Assembly (NCBI GenBank): GCA_965230525.1
Contig: OZ246008.1
Span: forward strand, 903,251-967,250
Length of the DNA: 64,000 nt
Reading direction: 5' to 3'
Source of the DNA: Kangiellaceae bacterium
GTDB taxonomy: Bacteria; Pseudomonadota; Gammaproteobacteria; Enterobacterales; Kangiellaceae
Shown here: piece after piece, positions 1-10,090 of the stretch
How the letters are laid out: every line of letters begins with the position of its first letter
Position numbering within the stretch: position 1 is the stretch's first letter
Translations under genes and position numbers: made by a program
The notes under the pieces: model-generated
Seen by the model: the letters and a program-made list of their open reading frames with translations, nothing else
Told to the model about the DNA's origin: nothing
Database searches by the model: none

Positions 1-778
1 ACACGTTAAGCAAAATCTTAACCCTATGCAGGAGACTAATGCGCTCCTTGGGAATGCATCACAGCTACTTTCCGAAATGACTAAAATGGCCAGTTTAGTG
101 CAGATCCCTTGCTCTCCAGTTAATAAGGTACAACACATAGACTTTGTACCTTTATCTGGGAATCGCCTGTTAGTGGTGTTGGTGCTTGAAAATGATGAAA
201 TTCAAAATCGAGTCATTCAAGTTGACCGAAGTTATCAGCGAGATGAGCTGGAAAAAATGTCAAACTTTCTCAATCAGCAATTAGTCGGTAAAGATATCGC
301 GACCGTCAGAGAGGCACTCTTAGCTCAGCTAATTAAGGAAAAGCAGCAATTAGACCAACTAATGCAGCGAGCAATCGATTTTGCGGCGCAAGGGTTTCAG
401 CAAGGGGATAACTCTAATGGCGCTAATAATCAGCCATTTCACCTTTCTGGACAAACTAACTTAGTCTCCATGGCCTCACATGGTCAGTTAGAAAATATCG
501 AGCAAGTTTTTTCTGCATTTAAACAAAAGCAACAGATTATGGGACTTTTAGATCGCTCATTAGCTGCAGAAGGTGTCAAGATATTTATCGGAGAAGAGTC
601 TGGCTCGCAAGAGTTAAGTGGTTGCAGTATCGTTTCTGCGCCCTATAAGCAGAAAGGTAAATCAGTTGGCGTGCTGGCGGTTGTTGGCCCAACCCGAATG
701 CAATATGATAAAGTCATACCGATTGTCGATGTGACCGCTAAAATGCTTTCTTCTGCGCTTGACTACAAAGCCAGTTAA
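1..778 (+). CDS. hrcA: Heat-inducible transcription repressor HrcA, C-terminal ~255 aa (5' end outside window)
   Basis: The frame is open from nt 2 to the stop at 776-778. The translation (VQHIDFVPLSGNRLLVVLVLENDEIQNRVIQVD ... GVLAVVGPTRMQYDKVIPIVDVTAK) fits the conserved HrcA C-terminal region. Confidence 0.85.
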   Translation, partial: HVKQNLNPMQETNALLGNASQLLSEMTKMASLVQIPCSPVNKVQHIDFVPLSGNRLLVVLVLENDEIQNRVIQVDRSYQRDELEKMSNFLNQQLVGKDIATVREALLAQLIKEKQQLDQLMQRAIDFAAQGFQQGDNSNGANNQPFHLSGQTNLVSMASHGQLENIEQVFSAFKQKQQIMGLLDRSLAAEGVKIFIGEESGSQELSGCSIVSAPYKQKGKSVGVLAVVGPTRMQYDKVIPIVDVTAKMLSSALDYKAS

Positions 779-860
779 GCAAAGAACCTGGCTAGGCTTT
801 ACTTGAGTCTTGGCGCATTTCGATATTGCTATTACTCAAAATATTAAAAAAGGTAGCCTT

Positions 861-1304
861 ATGAAACACTGGTCTTTTCTTGCGGTATTACTCTTGGCAC
901 TTACTGGTTCAGCCAAAGCAAATCAAAGCGATCAACAGCAAATTATCGATAATATCCAGGCGATGTGGAAAGCGGTTGAGACTGACAATCTAAAAGCCTA
1001 TCTCAAATACATTCATCCAGATTACACTGTTTTTGGTGAAGGTGATGCCTACCTGCATAAAGGTAAAGAGATGGAAGCAATCGACTACGCTGACTACATG
1101 GGCCGCTCTGAAGGGGTAAGAACCTTCATGCATCAGCCAGAAGTCACGGTAAGAGGCGATACCGCATGGATTACTTATTATTGGAGCGATGCAGGATATA
1201 TTAGTGGTAAGCGGTTTACCTCCCGAGGTAAGTCGACTCGAATTTTTGTTCGTTCTAACGAGCAATGGCTGTGTATTCACTCACATTTCACCGAACTGCC
1301 CTAA
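861..1304 (+). CDS. Secreted NTF2-fold (SnoaL-like/DUF4440-like) protein
   Basis: ATG at 861 is preceded by AAGG. The N-terminus MKHWSFLAVLLLALTGSAKA looks like a signal peptide. The size and the pattern ...AWITYYWS...QWLCIHSHFT are typical of SnoaL/DUF4440 proteins. The TTG at 810 in the ORF track is less likely to be the start. Confidence 0.6.
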   Translation: MKHWSFLAVLLLALTGSAKANQSDQQQIIDNIQAMWKAVETDNLKAYLKYIHPDYTVFGEGDAYLHKGKEMEAIDYADYMGRSEGVRTFMHQPEVTVRGDTAWITYYWSDAGYISGKRFTSRGKSTRIFVRSNEQWLCIHSHFTELP

Positions 1305-1327
1305 CCTATCACTCAGTTAATTCATTA

Positions 1328-1352
1328 GCCAGCGAGGCTATCGCTGGCTTTT
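1328..1352 (+). terminator. Rho-independent terminator
   Basis: Hairpin GCCAGCGA-ggcta-TCGCTGGC followed by TTTT, 24 nt after the stop at 1304. Confidence 0.65.
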
Positions 1353-1526
1353 GTACGCAAGCCAGCCAGAGTTTGAGAGCTAGGTCTAATATTAACGGAA
1401 TATCCCGCTACTTTGGCAGAGATTAGGCTATTATTAAGGATACTCTAAACCAACCTGGTGATGGCTAAACCCCGCCGTATTCCAGATTTATTCCATTTAA
1501 GCACTGTAGTGACTGACTTATAATCG

Positions 1527-3794
1527 ATGATTAAAAATACCCTCAAACAATCTGGGTGGTTCTATTTGTGGGTCGTTTTATCGATTGTTAGTTTATGGAT
1601 CACTGCTAATAACCGTTTTGAATACTTCGAAAGTCACAATTTAAAGCTACTCAGTCAAATGCGGCAAAGTGAAACGCTAGATCCGCATATCATTCGTTTG
1701 GTAATTGAGCAACAGTCTTCTGATGATATTGCATTCTATCAATCGCTGAAAAAGCAATTTCCGGTCGCCACCGTGATTCTTGCTAATGATTTAGCTCAGC
1801 GCACTCAGTTGATGATAAACCATCAAGTTGATTTATCTGATCGTGTGATAGCGTTATCCAAAAATACAATAACTAGCGACCCACTGACACAAGCCGATCT
1901 TGTTAGTCAATTTTTACCGACTGCAAATTCGTCACTCAGTTGGTCTACTTTGGCAAACTTAGAACTCGCAGTGCAATCCGTTCCATCGCTAAACTCAACC
2001 AGCGCTGTTTTTCGAAAGGACGATAAAATTTATCCTGGTTTATTGGTTGCGGCGTTAATTAAGTACCACAACGGCAGTGCTAAACTTTCACAAAACCTCA
2101 CCCACTTAACGCTGCAATTCGATTCGCAACGAACACAATTGTCTCAGTTAAATTTAGGACTCACCGGCAGGTTAATTAGTTTTGAAAAAAATGCGCCTTT
2201 ATTTGGTATCGAGCAATTGCAAGCAGCGATTGACGCTAAGTTTGACGGTCTTTTAATTGTTGATGATCTTTCAAGCTCTGTTGGAAAAAATCTATACAAT
2301 GCATTGCAGGGAATCCAAGCAAATGACTATTTAGTTGACAACCTATTTTGTTACTTGCTTATGTTTTTGGCTTGGGTTGTGATGAGCTTGATTATCTTTA
2401 AGTTTAATGTTCTTACCGTGGCTAGAAAAATCTTGCTAGTTTTTGCTTCAATAATTTCATTGTTGTTAATACAAATAGTGCTAAGTAAGTTTTCTATTTG
2501 GTTACCAATGACTAGTATTCTATTGTTTTCGATTTGTTCGATCCCTTTAATTTTTGGCGTTAACAAAGAAATGCAACAGAAGCAAAATATACACTCAAAT
2601 ATTAATAGTGCTGTGATCGAATCGGCGCTCTATCTGTTAAGAAATCAAAAAGCAAAAACATTATTAGATTTATTATCGAATTGTATTCCGACCAAAGCGC
2701 TCATCGATGTTTTGGTCGAGACTGCTGTGGAAGCAGAAACGCAACGCAACACCGCAGTCGCCTGCCAGCTTTATGAGTGGATTCTAACTCACGACAAAAA
2801 TCATTCTATTAGTAAACAGCGGTTGGCAGAAATTAACGCTGCCGATGAGCCCGCTGAATTAGACCAAACATTAGTGATCGAAAATGGCCAACAGTCCGTT
2901 GCTAAACCGACCAATACTAATGGCATTTTAGCCATCAAAAATTTTGGGCGATACCAAGTAGAAGGAATCATCGGGAAAGGCGCTATGGGGATGGTTTTTC
3001 AAGGTGTGGATCCCAAAATCAATCGGCATGTTGCGATTAAAACTTTACAGCTTAATGATGAACTAGATGATGAATCACTAAATGAAAGAAAGCAGCGGTT
3101 TTTTAGAGAAGCAGAAACTGCGGGTAATCTAAGTCATGCCAATATTGTTACTATCTACGATGTCGGCGAGCAGAAACACCCAAACTCAAACCAATCGCTG
3201 GGCTACATCGCAATGGATTTACTCACTGGCGCGCCGCTTTCAGAGTTTATTAAGGCGGATAAACTCCTTCCACCCCCGCTAGTCTATCAATTGATGATTC
3301 AAATGACTGACGCACTTGATTATGCGCATCGACAAAAAGTGATTCATCGAGATATTAAGCCTGCTAATATTATATTCGATGATGATTTACAACGAGGTAC
3401 CTTGACTGATTTTGGTATCGCTTATATGTCAGATCACAGTAAGACCAAAACCGGAACCATCATGGGTAGTCCCTATTACATGTCGCCCGAACAGGTTATG
3501 GGGCAAACCGTAGATGGACGATCTGATATTTTTAGCCTAGGTGTTACCTTCTATCAGTTGCTAAGTGGCCATCTTCCATTTAATGGAGAATCGATAGCCA
3601 CGGTCGCTTTTCACATTACCAAAACTAAGCACGAGTCAGTTCGAAACATGAACAAAAAACTCTATGCAAGTTCAACTAGAATTACTAATAAAGCGATGCA
3701 AAAAGATCCGGTTAAACGATACCAATCGATGCAAGAATTTCGTCAAGCATTAGTGAATGCACTTAAGAGGGACTACAAAAAGTCACCGCTATAA
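1527..3794 (+). CDS. Membrane Ser/Thr protein kinase (Hanks type) with N-terminal CHASE2-like sensor topology
   Basis: The C-terminal kinase domain carries GKGAMGMVFQG (P-loop), VAIK, HRDIKPANI, DFGIA and SPYYMSPE. The N-terminus has one TM helix, about 250 aa of predicted periplasmic sequence, then three TM helices (aa ~275-345). This is the CHASE2 layout. Confidence 0.9.
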   Translation: MIKNTLKQSGWFYLWVVLSIVSLWITANNRFEYFESHNLKLLSQMRQSETLDPHIIRLVIEQQSSDDIAFYQSLKKQFPVATVILANDLAQRTQLMINHQVDLSDRVIALSKNTITSDPLTQADLVSQFLPTANSSLSWSTLANLELAVQSVPSLNSTSAVFRKDDKIYPGLLVAALIKYHNGSAKLSQNLTHLTLQFDSQRTQLSQLNLGLTGRLISFEKNAPLFGIEQLQAAIDAKFDGLLIVDDLSSSVGKNLYNALQGIQANDYLVDNLFCYLLMFLAWVVMSLIIFKFNVLTVARKILLVFASIISLLLIQIVLSKFSIWLPMTSILLFSICSIPLIFGVNKEMQQKQNIHSNINSAVIESALYLLRNQKAKTLLDLLSNCIPTKALIDVLVETAVEAETQRNTAVACQLYEWILTHDKNHSISKQRLAEINAADEPAELDQTLVIENGQQSVAKPTNTNGILAIKNFGRYQVEGIIGKGAMGMVFQGVDPKINRHVAIKTLQLNDELDDESLNERKQRFFREAETAGNLSHANIVTIYDVGEQKHPNSNQSLGYIAMDLLTGAPLSEFIKADKLLPPPLVYQLMIQMTDALDYAHRQKVIHRDIKPANIIFDDDLQRGTLTDFGIAYMSDHSKTKTGTIMGSPYYMSPEQVMGQTVDGRSDIFSLGVTFYQLLSGHLPFNGESIATVAFHITKTKHESVRNMNKKLYASSTRITNKAMQKDPVKRYQSMQEFRQALVNALKRDYKKSPL

Positions 3795-4543
3795 TGAAAA
3801 CTCAAATATTATCAATCACTGATCGAGGTGCCTTCCGTCCTAATAATGAGGACACTGTCAAGCATGGACAAGCTTTTGATAGCAAGCTGGTTTGGCTAGT
3901 GATTGCTGATGGTATGGGGGGTCATTTGGCGGGAGAGGTTGCCAGTAAAACGCTGGTTGATGAAATCGAAAAATCCATTCAAGCAATTAGTAATCCCGAT
4001 GAGGTTGATTGGCTGTGTTGGTTAGAAATTGAAATTAATCGAGCGAATAATAAAATCTTATCTGCCTCGCAAAAAAATATTGAACAACAAGGAATGGGGA
4101 CTACCGGCGTTGTTGTGATCTTGTATGCAGGAACTTGTTACCTTGGATGGGTAGGTGATTCTCGTTGTTATCATTATCAAGCGAATCAGAAAAACCTCAA
4201 TCAACTAACGGTAGACCATACCATGGTGCAAGCGCTATTAGACAAAGGTGCGATCAGCCAAAAAGAAGCTGATAATTCAAATAACAAAAACATGTTATCG
4301 AAAGCCATTGGTATTAGAAAAGGCGTAGATGTCGATGTTAAATCGTTACCACTTCACTGTTCCGATAGCTTGTTATTATCAACCGATGGATTACATGATA
4401 GTCTTAGTCAGCAAGAGTTGGTCGATTTTATTGAGCGTCTCGCCAAGGGTGATGATGTTAGTAAAAAGATGGTCACCAAAGCCATCGAAAATGGCAGCAA
4501 AGACAACATCACCTTTATTTGCCTAACTTTGCTAGATGAATAA
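3794..4543 (+). CDS. PP2C-family Ser/Thr phosphatase
   Basis: Contains ADGMGGHLAGEVAS, GDSRCY and STDGL...GSKDNIT motifs. Its start overlaps the kinase stop (TAATG, 1-nt overlap). Confidence 0.9.
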   Translation: MKTQILSITDRGAFRPNNEDTVKHGQAFDSKLVWLVIADGMGGHLAGEVASKTLVDEIEKSIQAISNPDEVDWLCWLEIEINRANNKILSASQKNIEQQGMGTTGVVVILYAGTCYLGWVGDSRCYHYQANQKNLNQLTVDHTMVQALLDKGAISQKEADNSNNKNMLSKAIGIRKGVDVDVKSLPLHCSDSLLLSTDGLHDSLSQQELVDFIERLAKGDDVSKKMVTKAIENGSKDNITFICLTLLDE

Positions 4544-4569
4544 ACTTAACTTAATAAATTGGAAGTAAA

Positions 4570-4917
4570 ATGGCTTATTTAGCTTTAATAGTAGAAGATG
4601 TAATTATTAATAAATGGGAACTTGTTGAAGAAGTAACCATTTTAGGCCGAGCGAAAGATTGCGATATACAAATTGATGATCAGTCTGTGAGCTCTAAGCA
4701 TGCAAGAATTGTTAGCGAACCTGATCCATTTTTAGATGGCAATCGGATTCTTTTTATTGAAGATCTTAAGAGCACCAACGGAACGAAATTAAATGGAAAA
4801 CCGGTTGCAAAGCAAAAACTGACTGATGGCGATGCGCTAACGATTGGGTTTACAGAATTTCAATATATTGAGAATGAAAATAACAATCTTGACGAAACCG
4901 CAGTCATTTTATCCTAA
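4570..4917 (+). CDS. Small FHA-domain protein
   Basis: Contains ILGRAKDCDIQIDDQSVSSKHARIV ... STNGTKLNGKPV, which are FHA core motifs. It lies 26 nt after the phosphatase gene. Confidence 0.85.
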   Translation: MAYLALIVEDVIINKWELVEEVTILGRAKDCDIQIDDQSVSSKHARIVSEPDPFLDGNRILFIEDLKSTNGTKLNGKPVAKQKLTDGDALTIGFTEFQYIENENNNLDETAVILS

Positions 4918-4946
4918 TGCCAAATTGGTAATTACCTTTAGTTATT

Positions 4947-4980
4947 GCAAAAATGCCGACATTTTGTCGGCATTTTCTTA
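4947..4980. terminator. Bidirectional rho-independent terminator between convergent genes
   Basis: Hairpin ATGCCGAC-atttt-GTCGGCAT, flanked by an A-run upstream and a T-run downstream. Confidence 0.65.
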
Positions 4981-5010
4981 TCCATTTTTTACCCAATCGG
5001 ATAAAGGTTT

Positions 5011-5487
5011 TTAGCCAACGGCTTTGACCTTAAACACCCCTACCTCGACCGATGAAACAACCACTCGTTCACCGGCATCAATTGAGCTTTTGACAGAACT
5101 TGGATCTAACTCAACTTTCCAAGTCACGCCGCTATAAGCAGTTTTACTATCAGTGGTTTCGCTTAGTGGGCTACTTAGCTCAAACTCATGGCCGACCAGA
5201 TCACTGCTGTTATCTTTTTCGGGCGCTTTGCTTCCCTGCAAACGCTTTAGTGGCTTCCAAAGTATCGCTACACTTAATCCACTGGCAATACCGGTACTCG
5301 CAATTCCGGCAATCCATGTTTCTGGAAGTATGCCGAACATCATCAATAGTCCACTAATGACCGCCCCGATACCGGCAAACAAAAACACTCCACTCACGAA
5401 TCCCGTAGAGACTTCAATGACTAAGAATAAAAAACCTAATACTATCCAAAATTCAGCTTGGTGATTGATAATATAGTCATTAATCAT
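5011..5487 (-). CDS. ybbJ: NfeD-family membrane protein (YbbJ-like)
   Basis: Hydrophobic N-terminal half plus a C-terminal OB-like region (GVTWKVELD...GERVVVSSVEVGVFKV). It lies directly downstream of an SPFH gene, as in E. coli qmcA-ybbJ. Confidence 0.75.
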   Translation of the reverse strand: MINDYIINHQAEFWIVLGFLFLVIEVSTGFVSGVFLFAGIGAVISGLLMMFGILPETWIAGIASTGIASGLSVAILWKPLKRLQGSKAPEKDNSSDLVGHEFELSSPLSETTDSKTAYSGVTWKVELDPSSVKSSIDAGERVVVSSVEVGVFKVKAVG

Positions 5488-5498
5488 AAATCTTTCTC

Positions 5499-6452
5499 CT
5501 AAGCAGTACCTTTGCCGGCGTTTAATTTATTGATGATGGTCATAGCCTCTGCAACTATGCTGGCTGCACCACTTTTTTCGTCTGGTAGCAACACAACTGT
5601 CGAATCTTTGGCAATCGCTTTTTTGGCGTCGATGGCTTCGCTGGCTAATTCCAGTTGGATGGCTTTTTGTCCTTCGCCGGTAATCGCGACTTCACCCACC
5701 GTTCTGATCGCTTCAGATTTTGCGTTGGCGACGGCAATAATTGCTTGCGCTTCACCTTCAGCTTTTAAGATTTGCTCGGCTTTTTCTGCTTCAGCCGAAA
5801 GTACTTGAGCACGCTTGGCGCCTTCTGCAACATTGATAGCAGATTGGCGGTGACCTTCTGACTCTAAAATAGTCGCACGTTTCTCACGTTCAGCTTTCAT
5901 TTGTTGTTCCATCGCGTCCAAAATCGTTTTTGGAGGCTCAATATCCTTAATTTCATATCGTAGAACTTGGATACCCCAGGGTTCCGCAGCCATATTGATG
6001 GCTTCAACAATATTAGCGTTGAGTGACTCTCTTTCTTCAAAAGTTTTGTCCAGATCGATTTTACCAATTTCACTCCGCATGGTGGTTTGCGCAAGCTGAG
6101 TAACCGCAAACACATAAGCATCAACGCCATAAGAAGCTTTGTAAGGATCGAGCACTTTAATATAGAGTACTCCATCCACTACCAACGAAATATTGTCTTT
6201 TGTAATGGCTGACTGACTCGGTACGTCAAAAGCATGCTCTTTTAATGATTGGTCATAAGCGACTTTGTCGATAATGGGAAACAGAACGTTGAGTCCTGCC
6301 ACCATGGTCTTGTGATATTTTCCAAACCGTTCCACCACAAATGCTCGGTTTTGAGGGACAAACTTGACCGAGAACTTAACCAGTACGATGACTAAAATGG
6401 CGAGTCCGGTCCAAAAGTTAAAAAGAATATTCATCATTTCTTCCGCGGCCAT
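5499..6452 (-). CDS. qmcA: SPFH/band-7 (stomatin-like) protein, QmcA-like
   Basis: Contains VPQNRAFVVERFGKYHKT...PSQSAITKDNISLVVDGVLY...WGIQVLRYEIKDIEPP...QMKAEREKRATILESEG, which resembles E. coli QmcA. Confidence 0.85.
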   Translation of the reverse strand: MAAEEMMNILFNFWTGLAILVIVLVKFSVKFVPQNRAFVVERFGKYHKTMVAGLNVLFPIIDKVAYDQSLKEHAFDVPSQSAITKDNISLVVDGVLYIKVLDPYKASYGVDAYVFAVTQLAQTTMRSEIGKIDLDKTFEERESLNANIVEAINMAAEPWGIQVLRYEIKDIEPPKTILDAMEQQMKAEREKRATILESEGHRQSAINVAEGAKRAQVLSAEAEKAEQILKAEGEAQAIIAVANAKSEAIRTVGEVAITGEGQKAIQLELASEAIDAKKAIAKDSTVVLLPDEKSGAASIVAEAMTIINKLNAGKGTA

Positions 6453-6672
6453 ATTGTTTTCCTTTAATGATTGATTGACTAGTTGCGCTCCAACTAGAAC
6501 GATTAAGTAAACTTGTTATTCCCTTTAGGATACATGAAAATGGTGCTAAAAGTAGCGAAACCGCAACTAAACCACTTGATTAGGATAAATTGTTATCAAG
6601 CGGTGTTTTTACTGAGATTTGAAAGGTTTAGTTGTATAATCCGCGAAATATTCACCATAAGTAGCCAAAAAG

Positions 6673-7590
6673 ATGCTTTCTAAAGTTTTGCCTAAATTTG
6701 TTGTAGGTTCTTTTTCATTCTTATTGCATGTGGTTAATACCTTGTTTTGGGTGGTTCCCATTTTGGTATTCGCACTACTCAAAGTCCTATTACCGGTTCC
6801 TATGCTTCGAAAGGGGCTCGACCAGCTACTCAACGGTTGTGCTAGTTTATGGATTGGTTGCAACGGAATAATTATGCAGTCAACCAAAGCGATTGATTGG
6901 GATGTAGAAATACCAAAAGGGCTCTCTACCAAAGACTGGTATTTGGTGATGGCTAATCATCAAAGTTGGGTTGATATTTTAGTGCTTCAAAAAGTCTTTA
7001 ACGGCCAAATTCCGTTTCTCAAGTTTTTCTTAAAACAGCAACTTATTTGGGTTCCAGTATTAGGCTTGGCCTGGTGGGCCTTAGATTTTCCGTTTATGCG
7101 TCGCTACTCTAAGTCGTATATTAAGAAAAACCCGCACAAAAAAGGCAAGGATTTTGAAACCACTAAAAAAGCCTGTGAAAAGTTTAAGTCTATACCCATT
7201 TCGATAATGAACTTTTCAGAGGGTACTCGCTTTACCGAAGAAAAACACCGGCGTCAAAACTCACCCTATCAACATTTGCTCAAGCCTAAGGCTGGCGGGA
7301 TTGGCTATGTATTGACTTTGATGGGCAATGAAATCACTAAAATACTAGATGTGACTATAGACTATCCTAATCATCACTCACCAAGCTTTTGGGATTTAAT
7401 GACCGGCACTTTAGACAAAGTCGTGGTGCAAGCAACTTTGTTAGATATTCCCAGCGAAGTTCAAGGTAGTTACATTGAGAGTGCTGAGCAACGTAAAAAA
7501 GTTCAACAATGGGTCAACCAGCTGTGGACTGCCAAGGATCAAAAACTGACTGAGATTCGCCGAAGCGAAACAGCCAGCACAACAAACTAA
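6673..7590 (+). CDS. yihG: Acyltransferase, YihG-like (lysophospholipid acyltransferase family)
   Basis: NHQSWVDI (HX4D motif), FLKQQLIWVPVLGLAWWALDFPFMRRYSKSY and NFSEGTRFT closely parallel E. coli YihG. Confidence 0.8.
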   Translation: MLSKVLPKFVVGSFSFLLHVVNTLFWVVPILVFALLKVLLPVPMLRKGLDQLLNGCASLWIGCNGIIMQSTKAIDWDVEIPKGLSTKDWYLVMANHQSWVDILVLQKVFNGQIPFLKFFLKQQLIWVPVLGLAWWALDFPFMRRYSKSYIKKNPHKKGKDFETTKKACEKFKSIPISIMNFSEGTRFTEEKHRRQNSPYQHLLKPKAGGIGYVLTLMGNEITKILDVTIDYPNHHSPSFWDLMTGTLDKVVVQATLLDIPSEVQGSYIESAEQRKKVQQWVNQLWTAKDQKLTEIRRSETASTTN

Positions 7591-7615
7591 TTGATTGCTA
7601 TCTGAATAAGTTCCG

Positions 7616-7993
7616 TTACCAATAAACGGGCTTTTGCAGCGCATGAAAAAAGATTAAACCCACTGACACGAGAGCAATCAGTAACGCAACTCTTCGAGTA
7701 GCGGCTGAATTGGCTGGTTTTAATGCTATGCTGCCAGCAATAACATACCCTATCAGGAAAATGACCTTAGCGCCTAACCAACCCTGTTGAAACGGATATA
7801 GCTGTGTAACCACTGATAAATAGATGGCCGCTGCAAGTAACAAAGTGTCGTTGATATGTGGCAAAACCTTCACAGCTTTATGCTGCAATAGAGGATCGTT
7901 TTTGGACAACCACCATGCACGCAAAATAAACCCCGCAACAGATATGATCGCGGTCAAGATGTGCAGCTTTTTTACGACTAAGTAATATTCCAT
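7616..7993 (-). CDS. SirB-family small membrane protein
   Basis: 125 aa with four hydrophobic helices. The MEYYLVVKKLHILTAIISVAGFILRAWW start is typical of the SirB2/YchQ family. It overlaps the yigZ stop by 16 nt. Confidence 0.6.
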   Translation of the reverse strand: MEYYLVVKKLHILTAIISVAGFILRAWWLSKNDPLLQHKAVKVLPHINDTLLLAAAIYLSVVTQLYPFQQGWLGAKVIFLIGYVIAGSIALKPANSAATRRVALLIALVSVGLIFFHALQKPVYW

Positions 7994-8592
7994 TCTATTT
8001 GTCCTTTAAATTGATTTGCGACTAAATGCTTAAATGATTCGGCTTGCTCGACGGCAATTTCGAAAGTTGCATGTACTTTGGTTTGATAATCGAGACGTAG
8101 CTCTTGATGGGTAAAATCTTTTAGCAGATGCTGAAAGTCGTCTAGCTGAGCATAATCTAATTCGCACGCTAAACCGCAATAATGAATTTTTTGTATGACG
8201 CTAAGGCTATCCAAAGCCAATTTGGTGCCACCACCGTAGGCTCGGGCTAGGCCTCCTGTGCCCAATTTAGTGCCACCAAAATAACGTGTGCAAACCACCA
8301 CAATATCGCCAATGTGAGCATGTTGAAGTACATGCAACATAGGTTTGCCTGCGGTACCGGATGGCTCGCCATCATCGCTGCAACCAATAAGCGTTGTGGA
8401 TTGTGGATTTCCCACAATATAGGCCCAGCAGTGATGTGATGCCTCAGGAAAACGCTGATTAACTGACTTTATAAATGCTTTAGCTTGCTCAGCGCTACCC
8501 ACATTACTCACTCGAGTAATAAATTGACTGCCTTTGATCACTTCCTCAACCTTAAGTGAACTCGCAGGGACTAAGTAAGAGGCTAAACTCAT
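7978..8592 (-). CDS. yigZ: IMPACT/YigZ family protein
   Basis: Contains HHCWAYIVG...DDGEPSGTAGKPML...VVCTRYFGGTKLGTGGL motifs. It lies downstream of pepQ, as in E. coli. Confidence 0.85.
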   Translation of the reverse strand: MSLASYLVPASSLKVEEVIKGSQFITRVSNVGSAEQAKAFIKSVNQRFPEASHHCWAYIVGNPQSTTLIGCSDDGEPSGTAGKPMLHVLQHAHIGDIVVVCTRYFGGTKLGTGGLARAYGGGTKLALDSLSVIQKIHYCGLACELDYAQLDDFQHLLKDFTHQELRLDYQTKVHATFEIAVEQAESFKHLVANQFKGQIEWNIT

Positions 8593-8612
8593 TATTGACG
8601 GGCGGGCTTTAA

Positions 8613-9938
8613 CTAGCTGAGTTCGGCGAAGGCGTTTCGAGTCAGGTTAAGCACTGCGTCATCTTGGAGCACGATATCATCTTCGATACGAATCCCGCCA
8701 AAGGGCTTGAAAGACTCAATTTTTTGCCAATTGAAATCTGAGTGATGTTTTCCATTGCGGTGTTGTTTGAGTAGCGATTCAATAAAGTACAAACCGGGTT
8801 CAATAGTGTACGCCATTCGCGATTCCATTTTTCGAGTGCTTCGTAAAAATGGATGTTGAGCTGGTGGCGGGTTCTGGGTTCCGCTTGGGTCGGCAAACTG
8901 ACCACCGACATCATGCACTTGTAAGCCAATTAAATGGCCTAACCCATGTGGAAAGAAGCTATTTGAAATGCCGGTTTCCACCATTGACTCGGGTGCTAAG
9001 TTTACAAAGCCGAATTGTTGAATGATTTTTGCAATTTCCAAATGAGCAGAACAGTGTAAATCCACATAGCTTTGACCAGTCTTAATCGAGTCGATGCATG
9101 CCAGTTGCATTTCATCCATTGCGTTAATTAACTCGGCAAATTCATTATCAGCAAAAGCATACGTTCGAGTGATATCCGAATGATAACCATGCGCGGTGAC
9201 ACCGGCATCAATTAAGAATGATTTGGGCTGCTCAGGTTTGGCCGACTGGCATTCCATATAATGCAAAATAGAGCAATGTTGATTAAGCGCAACAATATTG
9301 CCATAAGGCATTTGGTGCTCCATCAAGCCAGTTGCTTCCACATAAGCAAGGTGAATTTGTTGTTCGCTTTTACCTGATCTAAACGCTGCTTCGGCAGCTC
9401 TATGGGCAACTGCCGCTTTTTCATTGGCCAGTTTTAAGCATGCAATTTCATAATCACTTTTATATGCACGTTGCCAATAGATTGGATTGATTAATTGCGC
9501 CGGGTTTTGTTGCGCTTTAGTCAGTTTTTGAGTGAGTCGAGTGTGCTCACCAAGGATCGCGGTTTGTTGATTATTTTCTGGAAAAAAGCGGATTGCTTGT
9601 TCAAACTCGGTGATCACTTGAATATCAAATTCACTTGACCAAAAACCGTTTGGATCTTCTGCTGGCGTATGCCAAAAGTCGACTGGTTGATAGTAGACTA
9701 AAGTCGGTTTACCAGTGAGTCCAATAATTAAATAACTATCTGGCAGTTCGGTCAATGGAACATAGGTTCTAAATAGAAAGCTTGATTTAAACGGATAATC
9801 CATATCATCCTGATAGATTCTGATCGGCGCGCCCGATGGCACAAGTAGATACTCTAAATCGTTTTGCCGCATTAAATCACGGTGGCGAGTAATTAGCGCT
9901 TGAAAGTGATTTTGAAATATATTTGCCAGTGTAGACAT
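8613..9938 (-). CDS. pepQ: Xaa-Pro dipeptidase (prolidase) PepQ
   Basis: 441 aa. Shows M24B metal-ligand context (DAGVTAHGYHSDITRT, HGLGHLIGLQVHD, YTIEPGLYF, GGIRIEDD) and a pepQ-yigZ arrangement. Confidence 0.9.
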   Translation of the reverse strand: MSTLANIFQNHFQALITRHRDLMRQNDLEYLLVPSGAPIRIYQDDMDYPFKSSFLFRTYVPLTELPDSYLIIGLTGKPTLVYYQPVDFWHTPAEDPNGFWSSEFDIQVITEFEQAIRFFPENNQQTAILGEHTRLTQKLTKAQQNPAQLINPIYWQRAYKSDYEIACLKLANEKAAVAHRAAEAAFRSGKSEQQIHLAYVEATGLMEHQMPYGNIVALNQHCSILHYMECQSAKPEQPKSFLIDAGVTAHGYHSDITRTYAFADNEFAELINAMDEMQLACIDSIKTGQSYVDLHCSAHLEIAKIIQQFGFVNLAPESMVETGISNSFFPHGLGHLIGLQVHDVGGQFADPSGTQNPPPAQHPFLRSTRKMESRMAYTIEPGLYFIESLLKQHRNGKHHSDFNWQKIESFKPFGGIRIEDDIVLQDDAVLNLTRNAFAELS

Positions 9939-10090
9939 AGATAAACCGCAGTGAAAATATTAGGGCGGCTATTTTAGCATAGCTAGAGTCTGATGTTCTT
10001 TCATTATTAACCCTTGCAACGCTCTCTGTGCTAAGCAGGAGCAGCCTGATTCAAGTGGGATATTCAGCATATGTACAATGCTCAAAACTA

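Noticed and set aside
1527-4917. Calling the kinase/PP2C/FHA trio a bona fide T6SS threonine-phosphorylation pathway (PpkA/PppA/Fha1).
   Set aside because: There are no tss genes nearby. The sensor domain architecture differs from PpkA, and the FHA protein is much smaller than Fha1. It is kept only as a speculative link.
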